From the human T2T-CHM13v2.0 reference genome, Homo sapiens, in the NCBI RefSeq assembly GCF_009914755.1, contig NC_060929.1: a stretch of 64,000 nt of DNA, one strand, 5' to 3'. Position 1 is the stretch's first letter. Every line of letters starts with the position of its first letter. Positions 14,379-32,556 of the stretch are shown piece by piece. The notes beneath the pieces are model-generated. The model made no database searches, was not told the origin of the DNA, and worked only from the letters and a program-made list of their open reading frames with translations. The position numbers were made by a program, and so were the translations under genes.

Positions 14379-17300
14379 CAAGGTGCCCCATGTGGAATCC
14401 CTTCCTCAGTATGCCTTCATAGAAAGTTAAATCATTCACTTTTTTAAGGGCAAAAAAAGAATTTTTTGAATTTCAGCACCAGGTACTTCCTCTGGAGTTG
14501 ATCAGAATGAGGACAAGGATAGTTCCTGCTGAACAGCTCCTGGCTGGGCCACAAATGCAGTTTTCTACTGAGTGGGACTGTGGTGTCCAACTCAGGAGAC
14601 CTTGGAGAGTGACAGGGAGCCCTAAAATGAAGGGTGTGAAAACTTCACAGAACCGGAATCGGACAGCCAGCCAACCCTCTGCATTCCTATTGGAGGAATT
14701 CTATATATATCCCATCATGAATGTTTGTATGAGGAGCTACTTAGGTGAAAAACTGCCTAAAGATGCCCCTATTTGGCATTTTTATTATTATTTTGCCTCT
14801 CTTAGCTAAGTCATTAAATGCCTAATACAAAGCAACTTTTCTGTGTTTCTCATATCTCCGCACCTTGCTGTAGTTGAGTTCACTGGTGACTCAAGGCACT
14901 AGAATGACATTTGCTGAAACTGATATCATCCACAGTTCCATGATCCCCCTGGGGGACGACGGGGGGCCTTTACTGTATTTATAGCTGTGATTGCCATGGT
15001 GCCAAAGGGATCCATGGTCAAATGCTCAAGGGGGGCCCTGCACACCATCCACACCAGAGAAATCCTGTGGGACAGGAAACCATCTTCAATGTAGTCAGCT
15101 TAGCACTGTTCAGATTTACTTGATCACAGGGTCCAATTTTCACCCAAAACTTATTATCCTGCAGCAAATTTTGAAACACTTGCTCAACTAAGGCACAGAA
15201 TTGAAAACAGTGTTTTCCTCAACCTACATATTCACCGTGCTAATTAAGGAAAAGCAGTTACCAAACCATGGAGTATTTCCCATATATGAATCTTTTTCAT
15301 CACCAAATTAAATTATTAAGAAAGATAAGGAAGATGAATGAACTTTCAGGAACAAAGACTAATAAATTACAAGACATACTTTGCTTTTACCCTAAAATTT
15401 TTTGGGAAAATGTTCTGGCCCAGCAAAATATTCAATTCTTGATGGTATTTCTCAACAGCTCATAATACCAGCAGTGCACACAGCTCTACTCAAAATTACA
15501 GTGAAATTTCCTGGCAGCCCCCTTCTAAGAAAAGCAATTTTTAATCAATAACCTCCAAATACAGGTGGTTTATATATATATATTTTCTGGTCTGAAAAGT
15601 CATACTAAGAAATCAGTCCTTAAGCAGTTATCTTTACAAAGTAGGACATAATTTAAAAACTAAAAACATAACAAAAATACTTAAAAGCTATTAAAAAGTT
15701 GCTGCCACAGACAAAAATTTTATTGTCTCTGGGAATTCTGACAGTTCTCCATGTGCAAATAAATATGCTTTCCACCACTGCGATTTTTTATAAGCTCCCA
15801 AAATAGCTGCAGTGAGGGTTAAAAAACATTTCTGGATTATAAACAAGCAGCATCCTTTTCAAAAAACTCAATAACCGAAGTCAATTATTAAATTGCTAGT
15901 TCATGGTCCTAAGGGTAGAGGGGAAGTCAAAATAAACAGATTACATTCAGTAAGTAACGGAGTTATAGAACCATTCAAGTCACCTAGAAAACACAGTATG
16001 AGAATTTAAAACAAATTCTAATAGATTTATTTAAAAGTGCTGAAGAAGGAGTTGGAGGAAGTAAGTTTCCAAGAACGGATAAATTAAATTTTAATTACCA
16101 TTCATGCTTTTATTTTCTAGTTTTCAAGTTACCATTTATTTGCCTGTAGAGTTTGTTGGGCTGTTACAAATAACGATCTTTGTAACATTTGAAGCAAGGA
16201 AAGCAGAAACAAGATTCACAATGGGGAGAAAATATCTGTTCCACTGTGAGAGCAATGAAACATCTGGAAAGAATATGGCTATCGAGATACTGAAAAACAT
16301 ACCAACACCTAAGCTTTCTGAAAAGGAGAAATTTGTCTGCAAAAATTATTACTAGCCGACCTTCCCGTGGACAACTAAAAAGTAGCTAGTCACAACTGAA
16401 TGCCTAACAATTTCTGGTGCTGAATGTTTTCAATTTCTTGATGAAATCACAGTGCTGCTTTGATGGGCCCCAAGCTTGGCCCCACAACCTGCACTATTAT
16501 TCCTATTGTCTCAGATGGATCAGTTGGCAACAAACAGAACCACTCTAGGCATGATGGCTTCCCTTCTACTCACATTAAGGCTTGCAATGGATTATGTCTT
16601 CAGATGTTCAGAGGCAGGTAAATATTCATTCCATTCTTAAGTTATAGCATTGCCATATATTTTGGAAGTTCTATCAGAGGAATTAAGACTAAAAGAACTA
16701 GCTTGGTATGCTCATTAAAAATGAGCTGTCTGTCTTGATATTCCAACACGCCTGCTTGCTAAAGCTCAGGTCTTGAGGAGGTTTCATTCATTCACACACA
16801 AGGGTGTTCGCTATTCATGGGAATGGGTAATAGACTAGTAAAAGGTTTAGTCTCCTACCCTGCAGAGCTTGTTAGGCTCTCAGACATATCAATCTTTATG
16901 GCATTTAGAGCACAGGAGGCCAAAACGAGATTCTCGCCTGCTCCTCCCCCAGTCTGGGTATATGGTCCAGGGTGGGCTCCCAAAGCTACAAGAGAAAAGG
17001 ATGAGGACTACCTTAAGTATTCAGGGTGAAAAAGGCTGCTGCACCACCTCAAAGACAAGTAGTGATATCTGCCAGAGACCTTTCAAAATAGCCAAGATGT
17101 CACTCTGTGGACTGGCCGATGCTGGGCCTGAGGGAAGTGAGCCAAACTGACCTGTAGGCCCTGCCTTGCTTATAGTATAATGCAAAGCAGAAAAGTACCT
17201 CATGCATAGTTACATCCCCTTATGGACCATTTCTTTACTCAAGAAGCTTACCTACCTACGTGCAAAGGAACTGTTGGGGCCCTGCAGTCCTCCAACAGCA

Positions 17301-17559
17301 ATCTACCTTCCCTCTCATATTAAAACCCTTTTCAGTAATGCAACTGCCTCAGAGTTGGCAGCACGAAAGAATCAGGAAACCAAAGAGAATTGCACGGGGC
17401 TTACGTGGGGCTCGTGCTGACCTGCATTCACCCACATACAAACCTGACCTAAATGCAGAGCACGGCTCACCTTCCACAAAATCCACTGGCATCTTTAAAG
17501 TACAGGGGCAGACTTCAGTTATTTTATATAAAATTGAAAGGTACAAGGAAAGGAGGACT

Positions 17560-18299
<740 letters not shown>

Positions 18300-19076
18300 T
18301 CATAGGATTATTTAGAAGATTCGTGAATTAATAGACTTATAAAGCACTCTGAGCAGTCACCAGGAACACTGTCAGGGCTACATAACTGCTTGTTTTAGTA
18401 CCATCATTAAGACAAAAGCACGGTTCTCAAGTAAAACAGCCAAAGTAGGAAAGAAAAGGTTATTTACTTCAGTAACATTACTTTAATCAAGCAAGATTAA
18501 CCATTACTTCTGATACTAGTACAACTCATTTACATTTTTATGGTGATGTAATCTTTACAAGTTTTTTAAAAAATAATTCTGGATTAGTGCAGAGCTCGTT
18601 AAATTTTAAAGTGCTTCACATATGTATATTTTATGACCAGGCTTAACTGGAAACCACATATATTTTTAATTCTGTTGAGACTGAAAGAGATGAGTGTTGC
18701 TCAGCGAGATGACTGCTGTCCCTCTGGTTAGTCACAGGAATAACCTGCCTCTTGGAAGAGTCTGTTCCATTGTAAAAGGAGCCCTTTGAAAAACCCGCAG
18801 TCCGTGCCCACAGACAGGTTGAAATGCTTCCCGAGTTCAGCACTACTGACTTGAAACCATTTTTGTAATCAGGCCCTTCATCTTTCCAGACATCTCAGTG
18901 CGTTCAGTGGTGAAAAGCCGCATGAATCCTACACTCTTCCCTAAGAGACTGAGGGTCCTGTTTCCCACCCAGAAACTCTGATGCTGGGTTACTATGCGTT
19001 TCTGGCTGGTGAGATTCTGGCAGATGCTCCTGCTGGCTACTAATCACTTTTCCTGTTTGTCTTTCTGCTTAACTAG

Positions 19077-21322
<2,246 letters not shown>

Positions 21323-21703
21323 GAAAATGTGGCACATATATACCATGGAATACTATGCAGCCATAAAAAATGATGAGTTCATGTCCTTTGTAGGGACATG
21401 GATAAGGCTGGAAACCATCATTCTGAGCAAACTATCATAATGATAGAAAACCAAACACTGCATGTTATCACTCATAGGTGGGAACTGAACAATGAGAACA
21501 CTTGGACACAGGGTGGGAAACATCACGCACCAGGGCCTGACGTGGGGTGGGGGAAGGGCGGAGGGATAGCATTAGGAGAAATACCTAATGTAAGTGATGA
21601 GTTAATGGGTGCAGCACACCAACATGGCACATGTATACATATGTCACAAACCTGCACGTTGTGCACATGTACCCTAGAACTTAAAGTATAATAATAAAAA
21701 AAT

Positions 21704-21832
21704 TACCTAACGCTAAACGACGAGTTAATGGGTGCAGCACACCAACATGGCACATGTATACATATGTAATAAACCTGCACATTGTGCACATGTACCCTAA
21801 AACTTAAAGTATAATAAAAATAATAATAAAAT
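21704..21832 (+). mobile_element. Second, very short L1 3' terminus (L1PA2/PA3-like) within the tail of the larger L1
   Basis: Repeats the last ~110 nt of the L1 3' UTR but with younger-type bases (cctaacgctaaa, cacattgtg, ccctaaaac) versus the first copy (cctaatgtaa, cacgttgtg, ccctagaac). Confidence 0.75.
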
Positions 21833-24689
21833 TATATATATTAAAAAAGTATAATTAAATAAATAAACAAGAAAAAGAAAAAAAAATCACAGCCTGGAGC
21901 AGTGCTCTCCAACTCCAGAAAACCACAAGTCTCTTGGACTCAAGGGGTATGTATGTCCTTCTCAGTGTGGGCCTGAAGCGGCAAAACCCTGCTGGGGCAC
22001 ACGTGAGTGGCAGCCCCTGGGGGACCCCACGCCTGCTTGGGGGCGCCAGAGAGGAGGCAGAGGATGGGACAAGCTGTAACACAAATACCCAGTCCTGAGG
22101 GGAGCTTTGCTTAATTCCAGCTGGATTATTTTGTTTGGCAGACGACTCTGCACACTTTCTGATAAAGGAGGGTTTAGAAATGGTTTATTTTTTTCAATAA
22201 ATCACTTAATGAGCATAACAAAACACTCCGTGGTGTGAATTTTTCTGCCAGTGTATACAAACTGCAGGTGTGCCCAGGAAAAAACCCAGCCAAGTCCCTC
22301 CCAGCCCCTAAGGTGTGCGTATGTTGGCCAAGGAACCGACTCGCTATCCACGTGAAGGCAAAGACCTGAAGACTTGATTATTTGTTAATGTTAAATGACA
22401 TTACACTCCCTTCGAACAACAACCCAAGTGAAAAACTATTCGTAAAAATCTCAGCAAAGATCCTTAAAGTGATTTTGACCCAGTTATCCAATAGACCCTT
22501 ACCTCACTTTTAGCAAGCTGAGCCTTGTGCCATGTTAGCTTAATGGCGGGGAGAGTCTTCAAAGTAAAACATGGGACATACGAGGTAGTGATGTATGTAT
22601 GCAGCCATAGCGACCACAGCACTCACAATCTTCACATCCTGACTTGAATCCTTGGATTTAAACCTAAGTGCCAAATTCAGAATATGTAAACTAATTTTTT
22701 ATTTCTGGAAAGATTATGTTCTTTCATTATAATCTTTAATATCAAGAGTAGCGAAGACAAGTAAAAATGCTAACATCGATAAGTTAAAACTTCATAACTT
22801 GAATACATACAGACACACACGCACAGACAGAGTTTTGGCTCAATGTCTTACTTGATCTCTTCAAAGAAATGGTATCATAATATATTCTGCCAAGCTGAGG
22901 CTAGATGCTTCTAGCCTCAACTCAAAGTCTTATCAGTTAAAAAAAAAAAAAAACCCACAGAGATTCCTTTCTTTCGTCTTCAGTATAAGAAAGGGTTTTT
23001 GTTTGATTTTGTTTTCATGGCTGGCTAGATTTTGATCAGTCTCCAAACTCATGTTACCTTCAGACTGAAATCAAGACTACCAAAGCTCAAGCCGTCAACT
23101 TTGTCTTTCCTAGAAGAAACTTCAAGACACTGGAAAACAGAATGAAAGTCCTAATGGCACTCATTTTTAGCCTTTCATCTTCAATATTCTAATTTTGCAC
23201 TGTAAATAAGATACTTTGTGCATTTGAGGGTGTCTGTGGGACACAGTATTTATTGTGATGTGGGAAGAGATGTAAAGATGCAAGCACGTACCCCATCAGA
23301 GGTAGAAACATGACCCTGACTGGCAAGTACCATCTCACCAACAGCAGCTCAAATCATAGAAAATTACCAATGTCTGATTTTTGTGATCAAACCCAATAAA
23401 TGTTCAGGCTGACCTTGTCCAAGACACTTATCCAAGACCCCACTGTGAACATCACAGAAATCATCCGATAATAAGCAAAGGAATATACAAGAAGTTCTTA
23501 AATATACAAGAAGTCCTTTAAAAAGGGAGCTCTTGCCTTATAAAGGATGGAAGATAACATTTGCTCTCATCCTTACCACGCCTCTCTGAACATGCTGGGT
23601 TTGCTCATGAAGAGATCCAATGCTCTTCTATCCTCAACAAGTGAAGTGTCTGGCCAGGGCAAGGAATTTCCATAGCACTTTTTAAGAACAGTTTATTTTT
23701 TCCTCTTTCTGTATTCAAGATATAGTTTAAAGATTTTTAAGAAGGAAAGCTATAGTATTCCAGCAGGGTAGAAGTGTCCACCATTTTCCATTTTGCCCTA
23801 GGACAAAACCAAATTAAGTTGTTTGTGCTGCATTTTTCTAGGAGGAAGGTGACTGTTGAACATGGAAAAATAAAAAAACACACATTATTCTTTTCTGGAT
23901 TCAGAGCTCTACCAAATTCTGATGTTTAGAATCTGGATTTTACCATATGAGATTTGGGATCCAAAGTATATTGAGTTGTGCATTTTCTTGATTTGTGACA
24001 GTTGTTCTAATGGTTTACTTAGCTGCCTGTTTCAAGCAAAAGTGGATGCTTATGAATTTGCTTCATAAGGTGGTTTCTAGAAATGACAAATGATCTGATT
24101 TAGCGAGTATTATTACACATTTTCAAATTATCTGCTTCAAAATTCTACTGACACATCAGGTTAAATGAGCTCTCCCTGGCTTTCTAATGATGCCCAGGCA
24201 TTTACATGCCCTTCACAGTCAGTAGGAAAGTGGAAGGTTCTGACACCTAAAGACAGCCAAGGGGCATCCTGGAAGGTGACTGCAAGGGCATCTATGGAAA
24301 GGGAAAATGAACGGGAAAACAGGATATTTCTGAGTGGCGCCTCAGACAAAAAAATCACAGCTGCTTTACTATACTATGCCATTTGGTTTTTTATAACTTG
24401 ACAGGCTAACACCTTAATCATGGTCTTTTCTCCTTCAGCCTACAACACATGTCTGAAAGTTTTGAGCGGGGATATATATGACTAATATGTATGAGGATAC
24501 TAATTGTCACTACTGAGAGGACAGATTTTACAATCATTAGGTAGAACTGAGCAAAAAAATGGGTAGAGGAATGAAGAGCTGACAAAGTTTTATTTAAAAA
24601 ACAAAAGAAAAAACTTAGGCCTCTTAAGAGCTCCAAGGGAAAATAATTAATGCATAAAATATGTGATAATATTTTATACTTATTTTTTA

Positions 24690-25340
<651 letters not shown>

Positions 25341-26605
25341 GTGATCATTTAGTTCACCAAAATCCTAGAATTCCAGAATTAGGTGTCAATTCCAAAGTTC
25401 TAGGGAGTTAGTCTTAAGAAAAATAAAAAGGATTCGTTCTTTACAAAGGGATAATAAACCTTGAGCAATTTGTACCACAAAAAGATAAAAAAAGCTAAAC
25501 AGATAAATGCTTTCACTAAAATTAGACAATTCCTAGGAAAGAGATATATAGGAGGCTATTTCCTGGGAGGAAATTTATACCACCATTTCAGCCTGCTGTA
25601 AGGTGGAGATGGTAGACAGCTAATTAGGGTCCTCTCTATAATATTGACTGATGATGGGGGGTGTGGTTTCTTACTTGGCTGAGTGCCTTGCCAATCATTT
25701 CTGCACCTGCGGGGCCTGGAGATTGCTGATGTGCTTCAGGCATAAGCAAACCACATCAAAGGCTCAGCTCACTGGCATACCTGACGGTCAAGGACAGAGA
25801 CCTGCTCTGACCAAGGAATACCCCAATGAGACTGGCCTGGAGGATCCAAGCCAGTTCGGCAATGTCTTATGGAGTCCTAGGATAGTCCTGGTTACTCAGT
25901 TTTGGAGAGCATGGTTTGGCCTATGGGACACACCGATCTGGGTTTGGCCTATAGGACACAGACTCTCTTCTATAGCCTTCCTTAGGGACCAGCTGTGTCT
26001 CAAACTGCATAAGACCTGGGAAAACTAAAATGGACTGATCATTCCAGACCACAGAGTATCAAAGCCCTTAGTTTACAGTGTCCTGAGAAAACACTCACCC
26101 AAGTTTCTTGGGCTGGACTTGGAACAGATGAAGGCTGCAGAGACAGGGAGTGGGGGTTTTCTTCTATCAAGCCCAAGTATGAACGACACACTGAAGTGTC
26201 TCTTCCATTTACTGGGTGCTCACGAGCCATGCAGGAGCAATCATATCACCCATGGGTGGTGATTTTCTTCCCTTTCTTCTCTCAGTAATGGCACTGAGAA
26301 CACAATGTTCTGAACATTGTAAGGCAGAACACATGAAAATTCCTAGAGAGAAGATCTGTTCTATCCACCCCTCTCCTCCATTCAGCATGCTGTGTTCCCA
26401 CTGTGGTTCTGCTGTTGGATAGCAAAGTCTGTTTTGAGAGCTTCAAGGTAAGAGGGTCTCAAATTGTGGCTAGATGCCCAGGAGTGATTAAGCAATTAGA
26501 ACATTCAGACATTGCTAATTGCCTACAACTCAGCAGCAGCAGCCCATCTCCTGGGCCACTCAGCTCCCTAACAAACGAGACCTTTGCAGAGCCACCAGGG
26601 TTCTC

Positions 26606-26905
<300 letters not shown>

Positions 26906-28777
26906 AGCTCTCATTTTTTATAATGCACCAGACCCCAACTAATGAGCCCTTCTCCCAAACAACTATCAGGGGATTAGCGAAAAAAAAAAAAAAAAAAAGA
27001 GCCTATCTGAAAGTAGCAGAAAAAGTGAACTAGGCAATGCCAAAACCAGGGCAGACTAACAGACCCTGGTCAGAATATAGAACCTGAGCAAGAAGGGAGA
27101 AGACTCAAGCTTAACATGCGTTTCTCTCCTATTACCTCGCCCTAACAACCTTCCACTTACCTCCTCAGTGTGTGCTCGCTCTTGAGTTATTCTCTGGGTG
27201 AGGGAGGATGGAAAAGAAGCAGTAAGGATAACTTAAGGGTTACAATAAAGAAATCTCGACTCACTTTAACGACAGAGCCCAGACAGTACCATTCATACAC
27301 AGTGGGCACACATTTTGCATATAAGGTATGTAAATATAAGCATGAACTACTGTAGAAACCAGGATATCATATTTTTTTAGTGGACACCACATTTTTCTCT
27401 TCCTCGAAGGAGAGAGGGATAAAAGGGAAAAACCGTGTTCCTGCATCATCCACAAGATTTGACCTGGAGTCAAGTTCCCATTCACCGTAGAGCAAATAAG
27501 ACACTTGGTTGCAGAGAGAAAAAACTTCATTCTCTGAGTGGCAGTGATTTGTTTCACTCTGCCTCATGCTTAGTACTCCCCAAGTGTGGTGTAACATAAA
27601 GCCTTTAAAATAGATATATCCCCAAGGTTGCAAGTCTTGGGACAGTTCTGATGTCTTATGTACCTCTCCTATAGACCTATCTTTCTCTGCACAATAAGTG
27701 AATAGGCATGCTTATTTTCTAAAAGCACAATTGTTTCACTTGCCAAGTTTCTCTGACCCTACTTTTGGCCTAAGGTGTTTCTAGCAAAATGCAGTGTTTT
27801 AGTGCTTTTGCCAAATTTCTTGGCTACTGGCTCAAAAGAAGCAAACTGTCACTTAGAAGAGGTCCTTCACCTAAAGAAAGACATGAATGCTGTTTCTATC
27901 TAAACTGCAGCCTTCTGAGGCTTCAGCCTTGCTCTCACTTTGCTAAGTACTGATGGTGGCTATTCAGATTTTTATTAGGGTGTTTTAGCTACAAGTCAGA
28001 GATCTGGAGAAACAACAGCGGTCAGGGAGAACCTTCTATTTTCTTGATCTGTAATTGCAACTGGAAGGTGGTCACAGGTGGCTATTTAAAGACGAGCCCC
28101 TTTCACTGTCTGTGACTGTCTGCTCTGCAGTGGTACATGCGGAGCTGTAGATTCGGGATTTGCTTGGCAGCACACTCCTCAGACTTGAAGAATTTTTCAC
28201 GTTTGTTTTGAGTTTGAGAGTTATTTCTGCCTTTCCTGTTTCTCCCCACTCCTCTTTTCTTTGTGCATAACAAGCTCATTGTCTTGGTCTCAGAGAACTC
28301 CCAAGTTTCTGGGAGCATCTTTCGGGAGGATTGGAGCCATAGGGTTGGTATCAACTTTCTACTTAAAAATGTTTCCCTCAGGGGAGAAATTACTTACCAA
28401 GCTATCATATTATCAACTTCTTCCTGCTCTTTTATTCCTGTTTACCTAAGCGTGCAAGAAAAAAAAAAAAAAGGCCCTTTTCCTACAACTGAACTTTCAA
28501 AGAGGACTTTAATAAGGTATCTGACCCTTCCACATCCAGATTAATGGTGTTGACAGAAACACGCTTTCCAATAATGCCTCTATTTTGTTATTCTGGCAAA
28601 AAACAAAAATGGATATTGTTTGATCTCTTTATTTAACGAGTATATATGTTAAGAGTCTAGCTTGGATGAATAACGAGTCCAGAACCGTCTTTCTTCCATC
28701 TGTCCTGTGCCTGAAACCACCATGCTGAGATTTGAAGACATCACTGTTGGCAGAAGAAACCCTGCTAGTTTCATGTG

Positions 28778-28779
28778 TA

Positions 28780-28802
<23 letters not shown>
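28778..28802. repeat. (TA)n microsatellite
   Basis: Direct reading. Confidence 0.95.
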
Positions 28803-28810
<8 letters not shown>

Positions 28811-29275
28811 TACCTTTCTGGTTTTATTAAGAAAAAAAGACAGTATAAAATAAATTAAAGAAAATGGTAAGTGTGTTTAGAAGTACATGTCCCGGAGGAG
28901 CTATCTTGGGATCTTCTTATAAGATCTTTGTGACCTTACCATATAGTGTCATTCTCTGACAGGGACTTCTGAGTCCCCTGCAAGAGGACTTGGGTTGACA
29001 GGGACTTGAGAGGAAGTTGTTCTGGGTCCAGTTCTTGCAGAAGAAACATAGAGAGTGCTGGTGTTTCTCTTGGGTTTCAATCCACCCAGGGTGCTAGGCG
29101 GTGCCTAATTTGACTCTCTCCACCTTGGGCTCTGTGGGGTGCCTTTAATGTCCTACAACCCTGGTCAATTACCACAGGTGCTGGGCAACCAAGGACATGT
29201 CTAATTAGCTATGAGCCAAAGGTAACAGATCACTACGTCAGTACTGCAAACTGGTCAGAGAAAATCCCTATGCAC

Positions 29276-29594
<319 letters not shown>

Positions 29595-30146
29595 TAAAAC
29601 TTATTTTGATGCAGCCAAATTCTAATCTCTGAGCATCTTTTGGTAAATATGCATAAGGCAGTGTGTCAAACTGCGAGGAGGTCATAATCTTAAAAGATTA
29701 AAGACTGTTACCTAAGTGTCTACTATTTCCATGATACAAGGATTCCCACTGCTTTCCTTTAATTTTCCGTACAGGCAATGCCGTGCTATTCCTCATTATA
29801 GAGCAGTGGGAAAACAGCCATATTTACAATGACATTTACTTGTATCCACCTTAACAGCTAGTAGAGTTTGGACTAGGATAAGAAATGGATGACAAGACTT
29901 ATTTAGTAATTAATATCGTGATTTTTAGTCCCTCAGCTTTTCAAAGGATGTTTTTCTGAATTGTTTCATATATAAGCAATGGAATGGTTCAAGAGCAAGT
30001 GACAAAGTCCCAGAGAAGCAACTGAGTACTGTCTCTTGGGCTGTTTCTACTAGAGATCTATTTTACATCACCCAACAAAATTAATTTAGTAGAGTGCACA
30101 TACATTTGACACCCAGGGAAGAGCATGGTTAAGAATGAACCTCAAG

Positions 30147-30463
30147 GGCCAAGGGTGGTGGCTCACGCCTGTAATCCCAATATTTTGGGAGGCTGAGGCG
30201 GATGGATTACTTGGGATCAGGAGTTCAAGCCCAGCCTGGCCAACATGGTAAAACTGCGTCTCTACTAAAAACACACACACGCACACAAAAAAAAACTAGC
30301 CAGGCATGGTGTTATGCACCTGTAGTCCCAGCTACTCGGGAGGCTGAGGCAGGAGAATTGCTTGAACTCAGGAGACGGATGTTGCAGTGAGCCAAGATCA
30401 TGCCACTGCGGTCCAGCCTGGGAAACAGTGTAAGACTGCCTCAAAAAAAAAAAAAAAAAAAAA
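30147..30463 (+). mobile_element. AluS
   Basis: Dimeric Alu, TSD approx. aatgaa(c/a)ctc(a/g)ag. Confidence 0.92.
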
Positions 30464-31294
30464 CAATGAAACTCGAGCTTTTGATTTTAAAATGACCATC
30501 TTACAGGTTGCCTTATGGGATGAAGGGTGCTGCATCAAAGGCAAAAAGCGTTGCTCTTAGGCCAGGAAGGGAGCCAGTAAACTACTAAAGACACAGTGGC
30601 TGGTTAATGAGAGCAAAATTTTTCATTTATTATTTTCATCCATATTGGGGAAAAGAAAGAGAAAAAAGTTGGCACCTCAAAGTGAATGCTTATGTAGCCA
30701 GTAAAAACACAGAGATTACTAAGGGGGAAAAAGGGGCTGTTACTGGTTTGGAAATAAAGTCTCCTTTGCTGTGGAGGCTGAGGATGTGGCTCTGAGAAAC
30801 AGCTGTGCTAGTGCATCCTGACTATATTGAGTCCTGACTGTGGGAGAAAGGTTCCACTCGGAAATCGCCGGAACCTGCATGTTGCAGCAAAGACAAGGAG
30901 CAAGGTCCCAGGGCTGCCCAGCAGACAAAGTGTCGCCGTCGAGAAGGAGGGCACATTCAGGCTTCCATCAGGATTCCTGTGAGCCTGGTCTGGGCAGGCC
31001 TGGTCCTTCTAGCTGTCCTCTGGATTAGTAAAAACTGCATGGGGCCACGTCAGCTGAATGACAATCTACTGCTCAGGCTGCCAAAGCACAAAGCATATGG
31101 ATTGGCACAGTAAAGATCTATTTATTTTGTGCCTATAGATATGGACCCAGTCTCTCTGACAATCTTAGGATAAAGAGATTTTCTCCTACTCAATATGGGA
31201 AGACCATATGCTTTCAAATAACCATGGCTTCTTACGAGACACTAGGAAAATGACAGGAAAAGATTAGAATTTTAAATTTGTTTTCAAAGTTTTA

Positions 31295-32332
<1,038 letters not shown>

Positions 32333-32386
32333 GCAATGTTTTTAAAACAACATTGTTTTATAAACTAAAACCCTGTCCCCCTTCTC

Positions 32387-32556
32387 CCTCCAGCTTTTAG
32401 CCTAATTGGTATTTTAGTGAACTCTCTTTACTACCTGATTGGTCGGGTGTGAGCTGAGTTACAAGCCCCGTGTTTAAAGGTGGGTGTGGTCACCTTCCCC
32501 AGCTAGGCTTAGGAATTCTTAGTCAGCCTAGGAAATCCAGCTAGTCCTGTCTCCCA
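32387..32556 (-). mobile_element. Inverted partial LTR17 (first ~170 nt of U3)
   Basis: Reverse complement reads TGGGAGACAGGACTAGCTGGATTTCCTAGG...CCAATTAGGCTAAAAGCTGGAGG, aligning to 31577-31758. Confidence 0.92.

Noticed and set aside
25650-26030. Possible old LTR fragment / 125-aa ORF
   Set aside because: Could not be assigned to a repeat family or protein with any confidence.
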